Virus record (IMG/VR): IMGVR_UViG_3300028840_007609
DNA: 64,000 bases
Reading direction: 5' to 3' (one strand)
Origin: a virus
The first letter of the stretch is position 1. Each line of letters begins with the position of its first letter. Shown here in pieces: positions 25,587 to 34,930 of this stretch. Below the pieces are notes generated by a model, which did no database searches, had not been told where the DNA came from, and saw only the letters and a program-made list of their open reading frames with translations. A program made the translations under genes and the position numbers.

Positions 25587-27106
25587 GCTTGATCAGCGGG
25601 ACGAACCTTAGCACCGCCTCCGGTTTCGTTGTGAAAATTATCTGCCAAAAGCGGTATCTCTTCAGGAGTTTTGCTATTAGTTTCGTTTTCAATCTTCTGG
25701 CGTTCATCATCAGTTAAATCAGGCAGCATCATTGAAGCCACCTTCATCTGCAGTTTAACCCTGAAAGTTTTGCTGGCCATATTACGCATAGACGTAAACG
25801 CATTATCAAGCGCAACAGCAAGGTCGTCAATTGAAAACTCTTTACTCCTTGAAATTTTTATTTTTTGAAACAGCTCTGTTTTATTTTGCCATTTAAGCCA
25901 CAGCCTTATAATCTGATATTCAGCTTCAACCATATTATCTGATTTTTTGCTGAGCACACTAAACAGCTGCCTAAAATTATATCTTAATGCCAACCCGCTC
26001 TGGGCCTCATTGGATGTCCGCTGCCCGGCCACCCCAGAAAGATGTGCAATTCTAAATATTTCGTTTTGTTTTCTGTCAATCCAGCTTAAAATAGCCTCTA
26101 TCGGTTCTGCTATTTCTGTCGGCATCCAGTCAGGCTTTGCGGCGTCTCCATAGTTTGGATCGAACTGATGCACTGCCCTTACACCAACTTCCTCTTGTTT
26201 ATCGTCATCGCCTTCTTCCGGAGAGCTGCCGTCTTCCATGGGGACCCTTAACATCGGAAATCCAGCCATTTTGATAACTTCTTCGCCGCATGACAGGTTT
26301 CTAACAATACTGGAAACAATTCTGCTTATATCGACAATGTCGCTTACCCCAAGATATGAATGTTTCACACGTTTTACATTGGGCATCCATATAAATGGAA
26401 TTTCTCCAATTGGATTGGTGCTTTCTCCACGCAATTTAGGTGTGTTGGTCTTTTTGTCAAGCTCCCAATGTTCCCATTTGTTAGGCCACCAAAGCAAATA
26501 AGATCCGTCCTCCTCGCGAAGTTTTAAATAAGTAAGAATTGGCCGGTGCGTTCTCGAATTACGTTCAATTTTCCAGTCGTAAATATTCGGTAAGGAGTAC
26601 AAGGCAACATATGGATATGCCCCGCTATCTATTTCATCTTGAACATTCTTAAAAATTCCACCAGGTTTGTTAACCAAAATTCCAATAGATCCTGATGCTG
26701 AAGACAATTTTTGCGTTTCGTCAATTAAATTAACAAAATCGGAATTCATCAAATCAGCATCCTTCGAAAACATTTTCCACTGTTCATCATCTTCGAGCCC
26801 ACCAAGTTGACGACTGGTATCAGTTTCGGTCAGATAATAATTAAACAAATCAACAATTGTTTTTGCATAATTAAATACGAAACCGTCGTTTTGCCTCTCA
26901 GCCCAATTCTTTAATGACTCCTTCGTGCTATATCTGTGGAGGCAATATTCAATAAATGGCCTTCCACCGTTATATGCAAGTTCGTAAAGCTGCCATTCTT
27001 CAATGTTGACTTTATACAACGCATGCTTTTCTTCAAGCTCTTCTTTCCTCATCCCTACCTTTTTTATTTCAGGCTTTGACACTTTGGTTTTATTTTTTTT
27101 GCTCAT
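25583..27106 (-). CDS. portal protein
   Basis: About 507 aa, immediately downstream of terL with ATGA coupling. Call rests on position and size. Ends in TAG. Confidence 0.7.
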   Translation of the reverse strand: MSKKNKTKVSKPEIKKVGMRKEELEEKHALYKVNIEEWQLYELAYNGGRPFIEYCLHRYSTKESLKNWAERQNDGFVFNYAKTIVDLFNYYLTETDTSRQLGGLEDDEQWKMFSKDADLMNSDFVNLIDETQKLSSASGSIGILVNKPGGIFKNVQDEIDSGAYPYVALYSLPNIYDWKIERNSRTHRPILTYLKLREEDGSYLLWWPNKWEHWELDKKTNTPKLRGESTNPIGEIPFIWMPNVKRVKHSYLGVSDIVDISRIVSSIVRNLSCGEEVIKMAGFPMLRVPMEDGSSPEEGDDDKQEEVGVRAVHQFDPNYGDAAKPDWMPTEIAEPIEAILSWIDRKQNEIFRIAHLSGVAGQRTSNEAQSGLALRYNFRQLFSVLSKKSDNMVEAEYQIIRLWLKWQNKTELFQKIKISRSKEFSIDDLAVALDNAFTSMRNMASKTFRVKLQMKVASMMLPDLTDDERQKIENETNSKTPEEIPLLADNFHNETGGGAKVRPADQA

Positions 27107-28560
27107 TTCCAAAACCTCAACTTTCTGCGCCTCATTTTAGGCTTTGCGGCCCAGCGCAAGAATTGTGTAATTGAATCCACATCATCATCTTCGTCAGCCA
27201 ATGGAAACTGCGAAATCTGTGTTTCAGTTTTTTCAAGCCAATCTGCATATACCGGTAAAAAAACATTTCCAGCTTCCACCACAGGGGAAACTTCGCTGGC
27301 CCTAAGCTTTTTGCTCCTTTCAGCAGAAATTGCAATTACAGGAATATTTGTTTCTGATTTAAGCACCTGTATCAAACTTTGCCCTGATGCCTTGTCCTCT
27401 ATAAGAACCGGAATTGGTGATTTGATAAACTTGTTATAAAGTTCCCACAGCCTAATGCAAGTCTTTTTAAGCTTTGGAAATCCCATACGTTTATTATAAA
27501 CATAAAGTAAATAATATCCGTGTTCGCCAACTCCCCAGACAGAGCAGGACGATGGATTATTTATTTCTTCTTCTTTAAAGGCAGTATCCCAGCTCATGAC
27601 AATTTGCCTGATCTTAAACGGCAATTCACTCGGAATATGACCGGTAGCCTTGCACCTTGATTCATGGATCTGCCATTCAAGCTCACTGTATCTGCCGAAC
27701 CACCCCAGTTTTAAAATATCGCCGTCTTCGTTCAGGGGCCGCTGCTGGTATTGAGAAAGCCACTCTCGCGTGCCGACATTTTTTTTGATTTGAAGCAATG
27801 TTCCAAGGGAATAGTCTGATTCCCACAGTGCATCACCTACAGTACGCTTGGTGTATTGACAGTCATCCTCTGCGATTGCCGGCATGGAAATTACAACCCA
27901 CTTGTCTTTTTTTTCTTTTAAAAGCCAACCGACAAGATCATCAAAATGCCACCGTGTCATAACTACAACGATTCTGTTGTCCGGCTGCAATCTGGTATAA
28001 ACTACGGATTTATAAAAAGTCTGGATTTTTTCACGGGTAGACTTGCTTTCAGCTTCTTCACGATTTTTTACGGGGTCATCGATAATAAATAAATTGGCAC
28101 CACGGCCAATAACAGTTCCTCCAACACCGATACTAAAATAGTTCCCGCCTTGAATTGTTGAAAGCTTGTTAACACTCTTGCTGTCCGGAGATATTCTGCA
28201 ATTAGGAAAAAAACTGCTATGTATTGGATCGAGAAACTGGTTTCTAACAGACCTCCCAATATCACCCGCACGCTCATAATTATAAGTTGTTGCTATGATT
28301 TGGTGTGAAGGATTACGGCCCATGTACCAGGCCGGGAAGTGCTCGCTTACATGAAGTGTTTTTCCATGACGCGGAGGCATTGATATCATAAGCCTTCTAA
28401 TTCTGCCTGACTCCAACGCTTCAAGGGCATTACATAAAAGTGCGGTATGGTTCGATACTCTATATGAAGGGTTCTGAAAACTTATATATGAGCCAAGATA
28501 TTTATATGCAAGATCTTCGTTTGATACTCTTGAAAGGTCTAATTTTAAATTAGTTTTCAT
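27103..28560 (-). CDS. terL: terminase large subunit
   Basis: Walker A-like PPRHGKT. C-terminal nuclease-like acidic motif ADEDDDVDS. 485 aa. Confidence 0.85.
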   Translation of the reverse strand: MKTNLKLDLSRVSNEDLAYKYLGSYISFQNPSYRVSNHTALLCNALEALESGRIRRLMISMPPRHGKTLHVSEHFPAWYMGRNPSHQIIATTYNYERAGDIGRSVRNQFLDPIHSSFFPNCRISPDSKSVNKLSTIQGGNYFSIGVGGTVIGRGANLFIIDDPVKNREEAESKSTREKIQTFYKSVVYTRLQPDNRIVVVMTRWHFDDLVGWLLKEKKDKWVVISMPAIAEDDCQYTKRTVGDALWESDYSLGTLLQIKKNVGTREWLSQYQQRPLNEDGDILKLGWFGRYSELEWQIHESRCKATGHIPSELPFKIRQIVMSWDTAFKEEEINNPSSCSVWGVGEHGYYLLYVYNKRMGFPKLKKTCIRLWELYNKFIKSPIPVLIEDKASGQSLIQVLKSETNIPVIAISAERSKKLRASEVSPVVEAGNVFLPVYADWLEKTETQISQFPLADEDDDVDSITQFLRWAAKPKMRRRKLRFWK

Positions 28561-29050
28561 CGTATGCTATTTGAAGTGGTGTAATATCAATAATTTCAGA
28601 GTCTTGTCCGTATGCAGCAGCATTTATTGCAGCATCACGCTGTTCTTTGTCCACGTTGTCAGGATCAAGCCTTTTCAATGCCATAATCCTAAGTTCTGGT
28701 GCGTAAAGTCCAAGAATTCTTGCTTCTTTTTCAATCAGCTTGGTATACTCCTCGACCCAGCGTGTACCTTTTGATGGTTCCATTCTAAGCTTGTTAAGCT
28801 GAGTAAGGCATTTCTGCTTCATGTCATGGATTTCTCTAAGAACTCTATTTCGATGAAATAAAAAATCTTCAGTGGACATACGCACACAGTTTGCCTTTAT
28901 TTCAGCAATATCGGCGCCTATTGTACTTGGAGAAACTTTTAAAACTTTTGCTAACTCAGAATGACTTAAGTATGGGTTTTTTCTAAGAACTTTAGCTACT
29001 TTGACCTGCCTTTTCATTTTTTCGACTTTAAATCTTGATCGTCTGGCCAT
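28550..29050 (-). CDS. terS: terminase small subunit (HTH)
   Basis: HTH SHSELAKVLKVSPSTI; lies directly upstream of terL; AAGGAG SD. Confidence 0.65.
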   Translation of the reverse strand: MARRSRFKVEKMKRQVKVAKVLRKNPYLSHSELAKVLKVSPSTIGADIAEIKANCVRMSTEDFLFHRNRVLREIHDMKQKCLTQLNKLRMEPSKGTRWVEEYTKLIEKEARILGLYAPELRIMALKRLDPDNVDKEQRDAAINAAAYGQDSEIIDITPLQIAYDEN

Positions 29051-29056
29051 AATTTT

Positions 29057-29107
29057 CTCCTTGACATTTAGTTTTATTTAAAAGATATGTTAAACAATTG
29101 TCAAGGA
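29057..29107. promoter_or_regulatory. divergent promoter region with inverted CCTTGACA / TGTCAAGG
   Basis: Minus strand reads TTGACA-17 nt-TTAAAT upstream of terS. A plus-strand TTGACA is at 29061 but has a weak -10. Confidence 0.4.
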
Positions 29108-29148
29108 ATAAACCATTAGCGGGACGCTAAAACAGGAGGCGGGATGCC

Positions 29149-29955
29149 ATGAAAATTAAGCAAATCAAGCTAAATGAGGATGGAAACGTAGTTTTGCAGG
29201 ACGGTCTACCGGTTTATGTTTATGAAGACGGTTCGGAAAGTCCACTGGATGTTGTTAAAACAATTGGTAACTATGAAAACAGAATCAGCAACCTAACGGA
29301 CGAAAAAGAACGTCATCAAAACAATGTCAAAAAACTTAAGTCCGATTATAAAGACATTGATCCGGAAAAGGCGCGGGAGGCGCTGGAAACCGTGAAAAAC
29401 TTTAAGTCCAAGGAACTCCTTGATGCAAACGGTATAAAAGCTTTAAAGTCTGAAATGAACGAATCATTCCAGGCTGAAAAAGAAACACTTATAGAAAGCC
29501 ATAATTCAGCCATGTCAGAAAAAGATACCGTTATCTCGACAAAAAATAATACCATCAAACACCTTCTTGTTACATCAGCTTTTGCCAAAAGCGATTTTTT
29601 CTCCGGTGAAAAACCAAAAACAATTTATCCACCCGACGATGCTGTTGCGATTTTCGGAAACAGGTTTGCGGTTGACGGAGAAGGCTCAGAGGCAAAAATA
29701 ATTGCACTCGGCAGAGATGGAAAAATTCTTATGTCGCAAAAAAATCATGGAGAGCCGGCAAATTTTAATGAAGCCATTGCAAAAATGATAGACGAGCATC
29801 CTCAGAAAGCGAGAATCATGAACTCGGGTCCTGGCGGCCCACGGGCACATGGTCATCCTGGCGGTGGTTACGATCAGGACCATGGTGATGTCTACGGTGC
29901 CAGCAGGATCAAGAAGGGCCTTAAAGACATGAAAGACAGACAGGCCCTTCAGTAA
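29149..29955 (+). CDS. scaffolding protein
   Basis: Coiled-coil-rich, 268 aa, immediately upstream of the capsid gene. Confidence 0.6.
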   Translation: MKIKQIKLNEDGNVVLQDGLPVYVYEDGSESPLDVVKTIGNYENRISNLTDEKERHQNNVKKLKSDYKDIDPEKAREALETVKNFKSKELLDANGIKALKSEMNESFQAEKETLIESHNSAMSEKDTVISTKNNTIKHLLVTSAFAKSDFFSGEKPKTIYPPDDAVAIFGNRFAVDGEGSEAKIIALGRDGKILMSQKNHGEPANFNEAIAKMIDEHPQKARIMNSGPGGPRAHGHPGGGYDQDHGDVYGASRIKKGLKDMKDRQALQ

Positions 29956-29970
29956 AAAAGGAGGCCTCTC

Positions 29971-30909
29971 GTGACTACACAATCTCTGGCGCAAGCCGCT
30001 TTACTTATCAATAACGAAATCGTTCGTGGTGTTGCCGAGGATTTCATCACAATCAACCCCATGTTCGACATTTTCCCGTTTATGGGATATGACGGCCAGG
30101 CAATCGTGGTAAACCGCGAATTAACCCTCGGCCCAACAGAAGTAGCTTCTGTCGGCGCTACAATTACCGGCACAGCAAAAACAGCGTCCACCTTTACGCA
30201 GGTCACATACAGTGCGACCAAGCTGATCGGTGATGCGGAAATGGACGGACTGGTACAGGCACAATCCGTAAGTGCGGGTGTGGACCAGACTGCCCTCGAA
30301 ATTTCACTCAAAGCAAAATCTCTCGGCAGACTTTTCCAGACAGGCATGGCTACCGGTACAGGTACAAGTCCTCAGATGAACAGCTTTCATTCTTTGTGTT
30401 CAACGCCGCAGTATACAACTGCAGCTACGACACAGGCGCTTTCCTTTGCGCTGCTTGATGAATTGCTTGATTTGGTGCTTGCAAAGGATGGCCAGGTGGA
30501 CTGGATTATGATGAACTCCAGAACACTTCGATCTTACAGGGCTCTGCTCCGGGCACTTGGCGGTACCCCGGGCGACTGGGCCATGGAAATGCCCAGTGGA
30601 CGGAAGGTAATGGTTTACGAAGATATCCCGATTTTCAAAAACGATTATCTGCCGATTACCGAAACTGCCAACGGAGCTGCACTCACAGGCGGCGCCCTTA
30701 CGTCGGTGTGGGCCGGTGTCTGGGACGATGGGTCCCAAAAGGTGGGAATCGCCGGTATCCATCCTTCTTCAGTGCCTGCCGGAATCCAGGTGCAATATGT
30801 CGGTCCGCAGGAATCAAAGGACGTCGACATCTGGCGTGTAAAGCAGTATGCCAACATGGCACTGTTCAACCGGAAAGGACTCGCCAGGCTAACATCAATC
30901 AGCAACTAA
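29971..30909 (+). CDS. major capsid protein
   Basis: GTG start with AAAGGAGG SD; 312 aa; position after the scaffold gene; followed by a strong terminator. Confidence 0.75.
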   Translation: MTTQSLAQAALLINNEIVRGVAEDFITINPMFDIFPFMGYDGQAIVVNRELTLGPTEVASVGATITGTAKTASTFTQVTYSATKLIGDAEMDGLVQAQSVSAGVDQTALEISLKAKSLGRLFQTGMATGTGTSPQMNSFHSLCSTPQYTTAATTQALSFALLDELLDLVLAKDGQVDWIMMNSRTLRSYRALLRALGGTPGDWAMEMPSGRKVMVYEDIPIFKNDYLPITETANGAALTGGALTSVWAGVWDDGSQKVGIAGIHPSSVPAGIQVQYVGPQESKDVDIWRVKQYANMALFNRKGLARLTSISN

Positions 30910-30932
30910 GTTCGTTCCAAGCTTATCGGCCA

Positions 30933-30959
30933 GGAGGGGCCAAATGGCCCCTCCATTTT
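30933..30959 (+). terminator. terminator/attenuator hairpin after the capsid gene
   Basis: GGAGGGGCC-AAAT-GGCCCCTCC followed by ATTTTA. Confidence 0.65.
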
Positions 30960-30983
30960 AAAAAATACACGGGGAGAGGTAAA

Positions 30984-31544
30984 ATGAGTAAAATCTGGGT
31001 AAGACTAAAAGAAGATCCGAAGGTGTATAAGCACAATCCTGTTGGAACGGTTATCCGGGCGTACGGCCATGATTTTATTATCCAAAAAGACGGCACGCTG
31101 TGTGTGCAAATGCATGTTGATTTTATACGAAATGAAGTCAATGCCGACCGTGTTGAAATTATCAATCCGCCCAAAGATCCAATTGTAATACAGGAACCAG
31201 AAGCTGAAGTATCAATCGAGGATTTCATTAAGGAAAGAAAAGTCGGGGAGAAAAACACCCCTTTTGTCCCTGATGAAGAAGTCATCGATGAAGCGATCAA
31301 GAATGCTGACTTGCAGCAATTTTCATTCGACATCGGCACATATTATGGTGCTGGTGACCTTTCAACTCTGTTAAAAAAAATTGAAGCCTTGAAAAACAAA
31401 AACATGATCATCACATTCGCCGGTGAGCGATTCAAGGTAAAATTGCCTGAAACAATGGCCCGGGAAGAAATCATTGACAAAGTTAAGGACCTTGTTGATG
31501 AAGCCCGCGTCAAGTTCGAAAAAGACAACCTGCAGACGCCCTAA
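30984..31544 (+). CDS. hypothetical protein (186 aa)
   Basis: ORF 30708..31544; ATG at 30984 with GGGGAGAGG SD. Confidence 0.65.
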   Translation: MSKIWVRLKEDPKVYKHNPVGTVIRAYGHDFIIQKDGTLCVQMHVDFIRNEVNADRVEIINPPKDPIVIQEPEAEVSIEDFIKERKVGEKNTPFVPDEEVIDEAIKNADLQQFSFDIGTYYGAGDLSTLLKKIEALKNKNMIITFAGERFKVKLPETMAREEIIDKVKDLVDEARVKFEKDNLQTP

Positions 31545-31554
31545 AAGCAAAAAA

Positions 31555-32817
31555 ATGAAATTATCAGCAGCGATGATCGTCAAGAACGAGCAGGCGAACC
31601 TGCCTCGTTGTTTGAACTCCATTCGTGCAGTCTGTGATGAAATAGTTGTCGTTGATACAGGCTCCCTGGACCAGACAGTTAAAATTGCAAAAGATTTCGG
31701 CTGTAAGGTTTATTATCATCCCTGGGAAAACAACTTTGCCAAGCATCGCAATCAATCATTCGGATATGCTACCGGCAACTGGATTATGCAAATAGATGCC
31801 GACGAAGAGTTGGTCTTTCTCGATAACTGCCTACCACATGTGTTCACGAAATTTCTTGAACAGGTTCCCAAGCAGATCCATGCAATCGGCCTTCCAATGG
31901 ACGATATGGTGAAAGGTCAGATAGCAGCAACAACACAGATGGTTCGTATTTTCAGGAAAGGAAAAGTTAAGTATCGGCGTAAAATTCACAACGAGCCTGT
32001 CTTTAAAGGCAAGGTCGGCCTTTTCACAAAAGCAAGATTCAAGCATTACGGATACGACCTTGATGAATTTCAGAAAAAAACAAAAGCCAAAAGAACAATC
32101 GGGCTTTTAAAAGAATGCCTTGTCGAAAACCCAAGAGACTACGACTCAATGCATTACATTGCCCAGGCATATACATACTTTATGGATGATTTAGACAAAG
32201 GCCTTGAATGGGCGGAAAAATATGCTTTGTGCAGAAAAAAAATAAAGAAAGGCAAATTCAATAACTCGGTATATTATCTTCTTATAATTGGGTTTATGAA
32301 ACAAAGCGACCAGGAAAAATGCTTTAAATGGTTGCAGGTTGCAATGAAAGAAGATCCTGAAAGCCTCGACATATCAATGGGACTTTTAAGATATGGTATC
32401 TGGACAAAAAACCTCGACATGATCGGAGCCGGTGCAAAGTCATTTATAGACAAGTTTTCAAACTTTGAAAAAACAAGGGTTAAAACAGCATCAAGGTTTG
32501 TGTTTAATTACAATCGCGAGTCATACCTGTTTGCGCTATATCATTTAACATTGACGCATTTACAATATTCATCTGCCAACGTAAAAAGGTTAAGAAAAGA
32601 GGTTGGGAGAATGGAAAATAAACTCGAAAAAGACTTAAATTCGGGACTCGACAACTGGCTTAAAGAAAATGAAACTGTTTTTAAGCATAATCACACGCTG
32701 TTACAAGCGACCGAGGCAGCTGTCGCGCTGTTTGGCACTGGTAAACAACCAGACATCAACAGACTTCGACCATATGTTGATAAAGGACAACGTAGGCAGG
32801 GGGCTGTTCTGGGCTAA
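31555..32817 (+). CDS. family 2 glycosyltransferase with helical-repeat C-terminal domain
   Basis: The N-terminus SAAMIVKNEQANLPRCLNSI...VVDTGSLDQT...QIDADE is GT2-like. Confidence 0.75.
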   Translation: MKLSAAMIVKNEQANLPRCLNSIRAVCDEIVVVDTGSLDQTVKIAKDFGCKVYYHPWENNFAKHRNQSFGYATGNWIMQIDADEELVFLDNCLPHVFTKFLEQVPKQIHAIGLPMDDMVKGQIAATTQMVRIFRKGKVKYRRKIHNEPVFKGKVGLFTKARFKHYGYDLDEFQKKTKAKRTIGLLKECLVENPRDYDSMHYIAQAYTYFMDDLDKGLEWAEKYALCRKKIKKGKFNNSVYYLLIIGFMKQSDQEKCFKWLQVAMKEDPESLDISMGLLRYGIWTKNLDMIGAGAKSFIDKFSNFEKTRVKTASRFVFNYNRESYLFALYHLTLTHLQYSSANVKRLRKEVGRMENKLEKDLNSGLDNWLKENETVFKHNHTLLQATEAAVALFGTGKQPDINRLRPYVDKGQRRQGAVLG

Positions 32818-33265
32818 CTCCCAGATACACGAAATACGACAATCAGTCAAAGGAGAATATGTCTATGTATTAGACGATGATGACTGTCTTATCTACAAAA
32901 ATTTCATTTCTGATTTAAAAAAAATTCACAAAGAGCTCAACCCTGATATAGTCATCGTCAAAGGTTATATTGGAGGAAAGCTTTACCCGCCACAGGAATA
33001 TTGGGGCAAAAATGTCGCTGTAAGGGGAACCATTGGCAGCCCTAATTTCGTAGTTTCAAATAAAATATATCAAAATCTCTCGAACCACTGGTGCCAGCCA
33101 AGAGCTGGAGACTATTTTTTTATATCAAAAGCATTTAAAGTAGCATCAAAAGTGCATTGGTTAGACAAGATAGTTTTCGACGCACCAATAGGAGCATGCA
33201 GGCCTGAAAATGGAAATAATAATCCCATACGCACCGAACATGGAGCTCGGCAAGGCTTACAATAA
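32669..33265 (+). CDS. family 2 glycosyltransferase
   Basis: SIITRCYKRPRQLSRCL...VLDDDD motifs. Confidence 0.7.
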   Translation: MKLFLSIITRCYKRPRQLSRCLALVNNQTSTDFDHMLIKDNVGRGLFWANSQIHEIRQSVKGEYVYVLDDDDCLIYKNFISDLKKIHKELNPDIVIVKGYIGGKLYPPQEYWGKNVAVRGTIGSPNFVVSNKIYQNLSNHWCQPRAGDYFFISKAFKVASKVHWLDKIVFDAPIGACRPENGNNNPIRTEHGARQGLQ

Positions 33266-33734
33266 AGCAATGCAAACGGTTAACGACTGGGTTCTCTTTT
33301 TGGACCATGACGCCCTAATCTTGTGTCCGCATTATTTTGATGCGTGCATAAACGTAATTGAACGGCTTGATCACAAGGCTGGGTGGATTACGGCAGTAAC
33401 TAACAGGATAGCATGTGCATATCAGCTCGACCGGTTCGCTCCCAACGGTGACGACATAATGAACCACATGCAATATGCCAAGAAACGATGGACAGAATTC
33501 GGCGACACAGCGCAACTGATCGACGGCAATGTGCCTAATCCGGGATTTTCAGGATTTTTTATGCTGACACACCGTGAAGCATGGGAAAAAGTTGGTGGAT
33601 TTATAGACGGCTTTCTTGGAGTTGACAATGCCTACTGGAAAGCCTTAATTAAAAACAATTACGATACTTACATTATGCCAGGTATTTATGTATACCATAT
33701 TTACCGTAACAAAAAGTATTGGGAAAAATTTTGA
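33210..33734 (+). CDS. glycosyltransferase (GT2-like)
   Basis: IIIPYAPN...LGKAYN...FLDHD motifs. Confidence 0.65.
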   Translation: MEIIIPYAPNMELGKAYNKAMQTVNDWVLFLDHDALILCPHYFDACINVIERLDHKAGWITAVTNRIACAYQLDRFAPNGDDIMNHMQYAKKRWTEFGDTAQLIDGNVPNPGFSGFFMLTHREAWEKVGGFIDGFLGVDNAYWKALIKNNYDTYIMPGIYVYHIYRNKKYWEKF

Positions 33735-33871
33735 TCAAATGCACCAAGTGTGGCGAAGAAGTTCATGTGGCTAAGGTAACAAAGAATCACGAAAGGTTGT
33801 GTTGTAACTGCGATCCTGATAGAAAAATGAAATTAAAAGAAAAAGAAAAGAATGCTAATATATCTAAATGA
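33731..33871 (+). CDS. small zinc-ribbon protein (46 aa), TTG start
   Basis: Hand-translated; CTKC...CCNC motifs. Its stop overlaps the endolysin ATG. Confidence 0.3.
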   Translation: MIKCTKCGEEVHVAKVTKNHERLCCNCDPDRKMKLKEKEKNANISK

Positions 33872-34275
33872 TTCTTCATTATTCTGAAATAAAAATCTGG
33901 GAATGGAATAATTTCAGCCCGGACGAGCCAAATCTGGCATGTCCATGCTGCGGTCAATTCTATTATGATATTGTTTCAATGGATTGTCTGCAAACTGCCA
34001 GGGAGATTATAGACAAGCCCATAAGGATAAATTCGGGACACAGGTGCGCTATCCATAATGCAAGGGTCGGCGGAGTTCCTTTGTCCCAGCACAAAAAGAT
34101 AGCCTTTGATATTAATCTCCTTGGCCATGACCGTTACGAAGTATTTGAAGCCTGCAAAAAGGCTGGATTTGGAAGCTTTGGTTTTTATAAAACATTTTTA
34201 CACGTTGATATTAGATCAAACCGAAATTGGTTCGGGAAAGGAGCAAAGGGATTATGGACTGGGCTGCTATCTTAG
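33868..34275 (+). CDS. endolysin, peptidase M15A-like (D-Ala-D-Ala carboxypeptidase fold)
   Basis: SGHRC..HN...GG...SQH...AFD...FLHVD metal-binding pattern; ends in TAG. Confidence 0.75.
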   Translation: MILHYSEIKIWEWNNFSPDEPNLACPCCGQFYYDIVSMDCLQTAREIIDKPIRINSGHRCAIHNARVGGVPLSQHKKIAFDINLLGHDRYEVFEACKKAGFGSFGFYKTFLHVDIRSNRNWFGKGAKGLWTGLLS

Positions 34276-34775
34276 GAACAGCCGCAAGTGTAGGTTCCGG
34301 GGGAGTATTTGGGCTTGTAGGATCTCTGATAGGATCAATAGGAAAACACTTTCAGGAGAAACAACGGCAGGATTTCTTACAAAAAGAATGGGAACATGAG
34401 ACAGTCTTGCTAAGGCTGAACATGGAAGCCAAGGCTCAGGAGACAGAGCAGGAACTCGCCATTGTTTCCCAACAGGGGTCTTGGGCAGGATTATCAGAAT
34501 CCATTAAGGCAGACGCCGCTCCTGTCAAGGTCCACATTTGGGTGAACGATATCAAGTCCTTATTCCGTCCGTTTTTAACGATTATGTTGTGGCTTGTCTC
34601 TGGTTGGATATTCTACAGCCTTGGCAAAGGAGGCTTTGACAAATGGGTAACGGCAGGTGAAACCGCTGGACTTATTAAATACATGGTTTATTCTTCTTTC
34701 TTTTCAGCATCAACAGCAACAACATGGTGGTTCGGAGACAGAGCATTATCACCGCCGGGACACAAAAACAGATGA
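34254..34775 (+). CDS. holin-like membrane protein
   Basis: Gly-rich N-terminal TM segment and two C-terminal TM segments; adjacent to and overlapping the endolysin. Confidence 0.6.
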   Translation: MDWAAILGTAASVGSGGVFGLVGSLIGSIGKHFQEKQRQDFLQKEWEHETVLLRLNMEAKAQETEQELAIVSQQGSWAGLSESIKADAAPVKVHIWVNDIKSLFRPFLTIMLWLVSGWIFYSLGKGGFDKWVTAGETAGLIKYMVYSSFFSASTATTWWFGDRALSPPGHKNR

Positions 34776-34930
34776 AGCCAATTACGATCATAGAAAATGC
34801 TTTTCATAATATAATTAAGGCGTTAAAGGACGGAATGTTTACCCTTGATGAACTTCTTTTCATCAAGAAAATGTGTATGGGTATTGTTAAGGCAACAGAT
34901 AGTTTACTTCTTAAAATAGGAGGAAGATAA
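34772..34930 (+). CDS. hypothetical protein (52 aa)
   Basis: ATGA coupling; ORF 34724..34930. Confidence 0.45.
   Translation: MKPITIIENAFHNIIKALKDGMFTLDELLFIKKMCMGIVKATDSLLLKIGGR

Noticed and set aside
29149-30909. Same-frame neighbours separated by one stop (29149/29971; also 39605/40421, 42080/42497, 46899/47496, 51508/51847)
   Set aside because: Each downstream gene has its own strong SD in the short spacer and a TAA stop. This is ordinary operon packing, not readthrough.
30708-30983. N-terminal extension of ORF 30708..31544
   Set aside because: It overlaps the capsid gene's 3' end and terminator, and its product is Arg/Cys-rich. A good SD precedes the internal ATG at 30984.
34273-34326. 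Endolysin TAG followed by two further in-frame TAGs
   Set aside because: The region is the overlapping holin coding sequence in another frame, so the extra TAGs are most simply coincidental.
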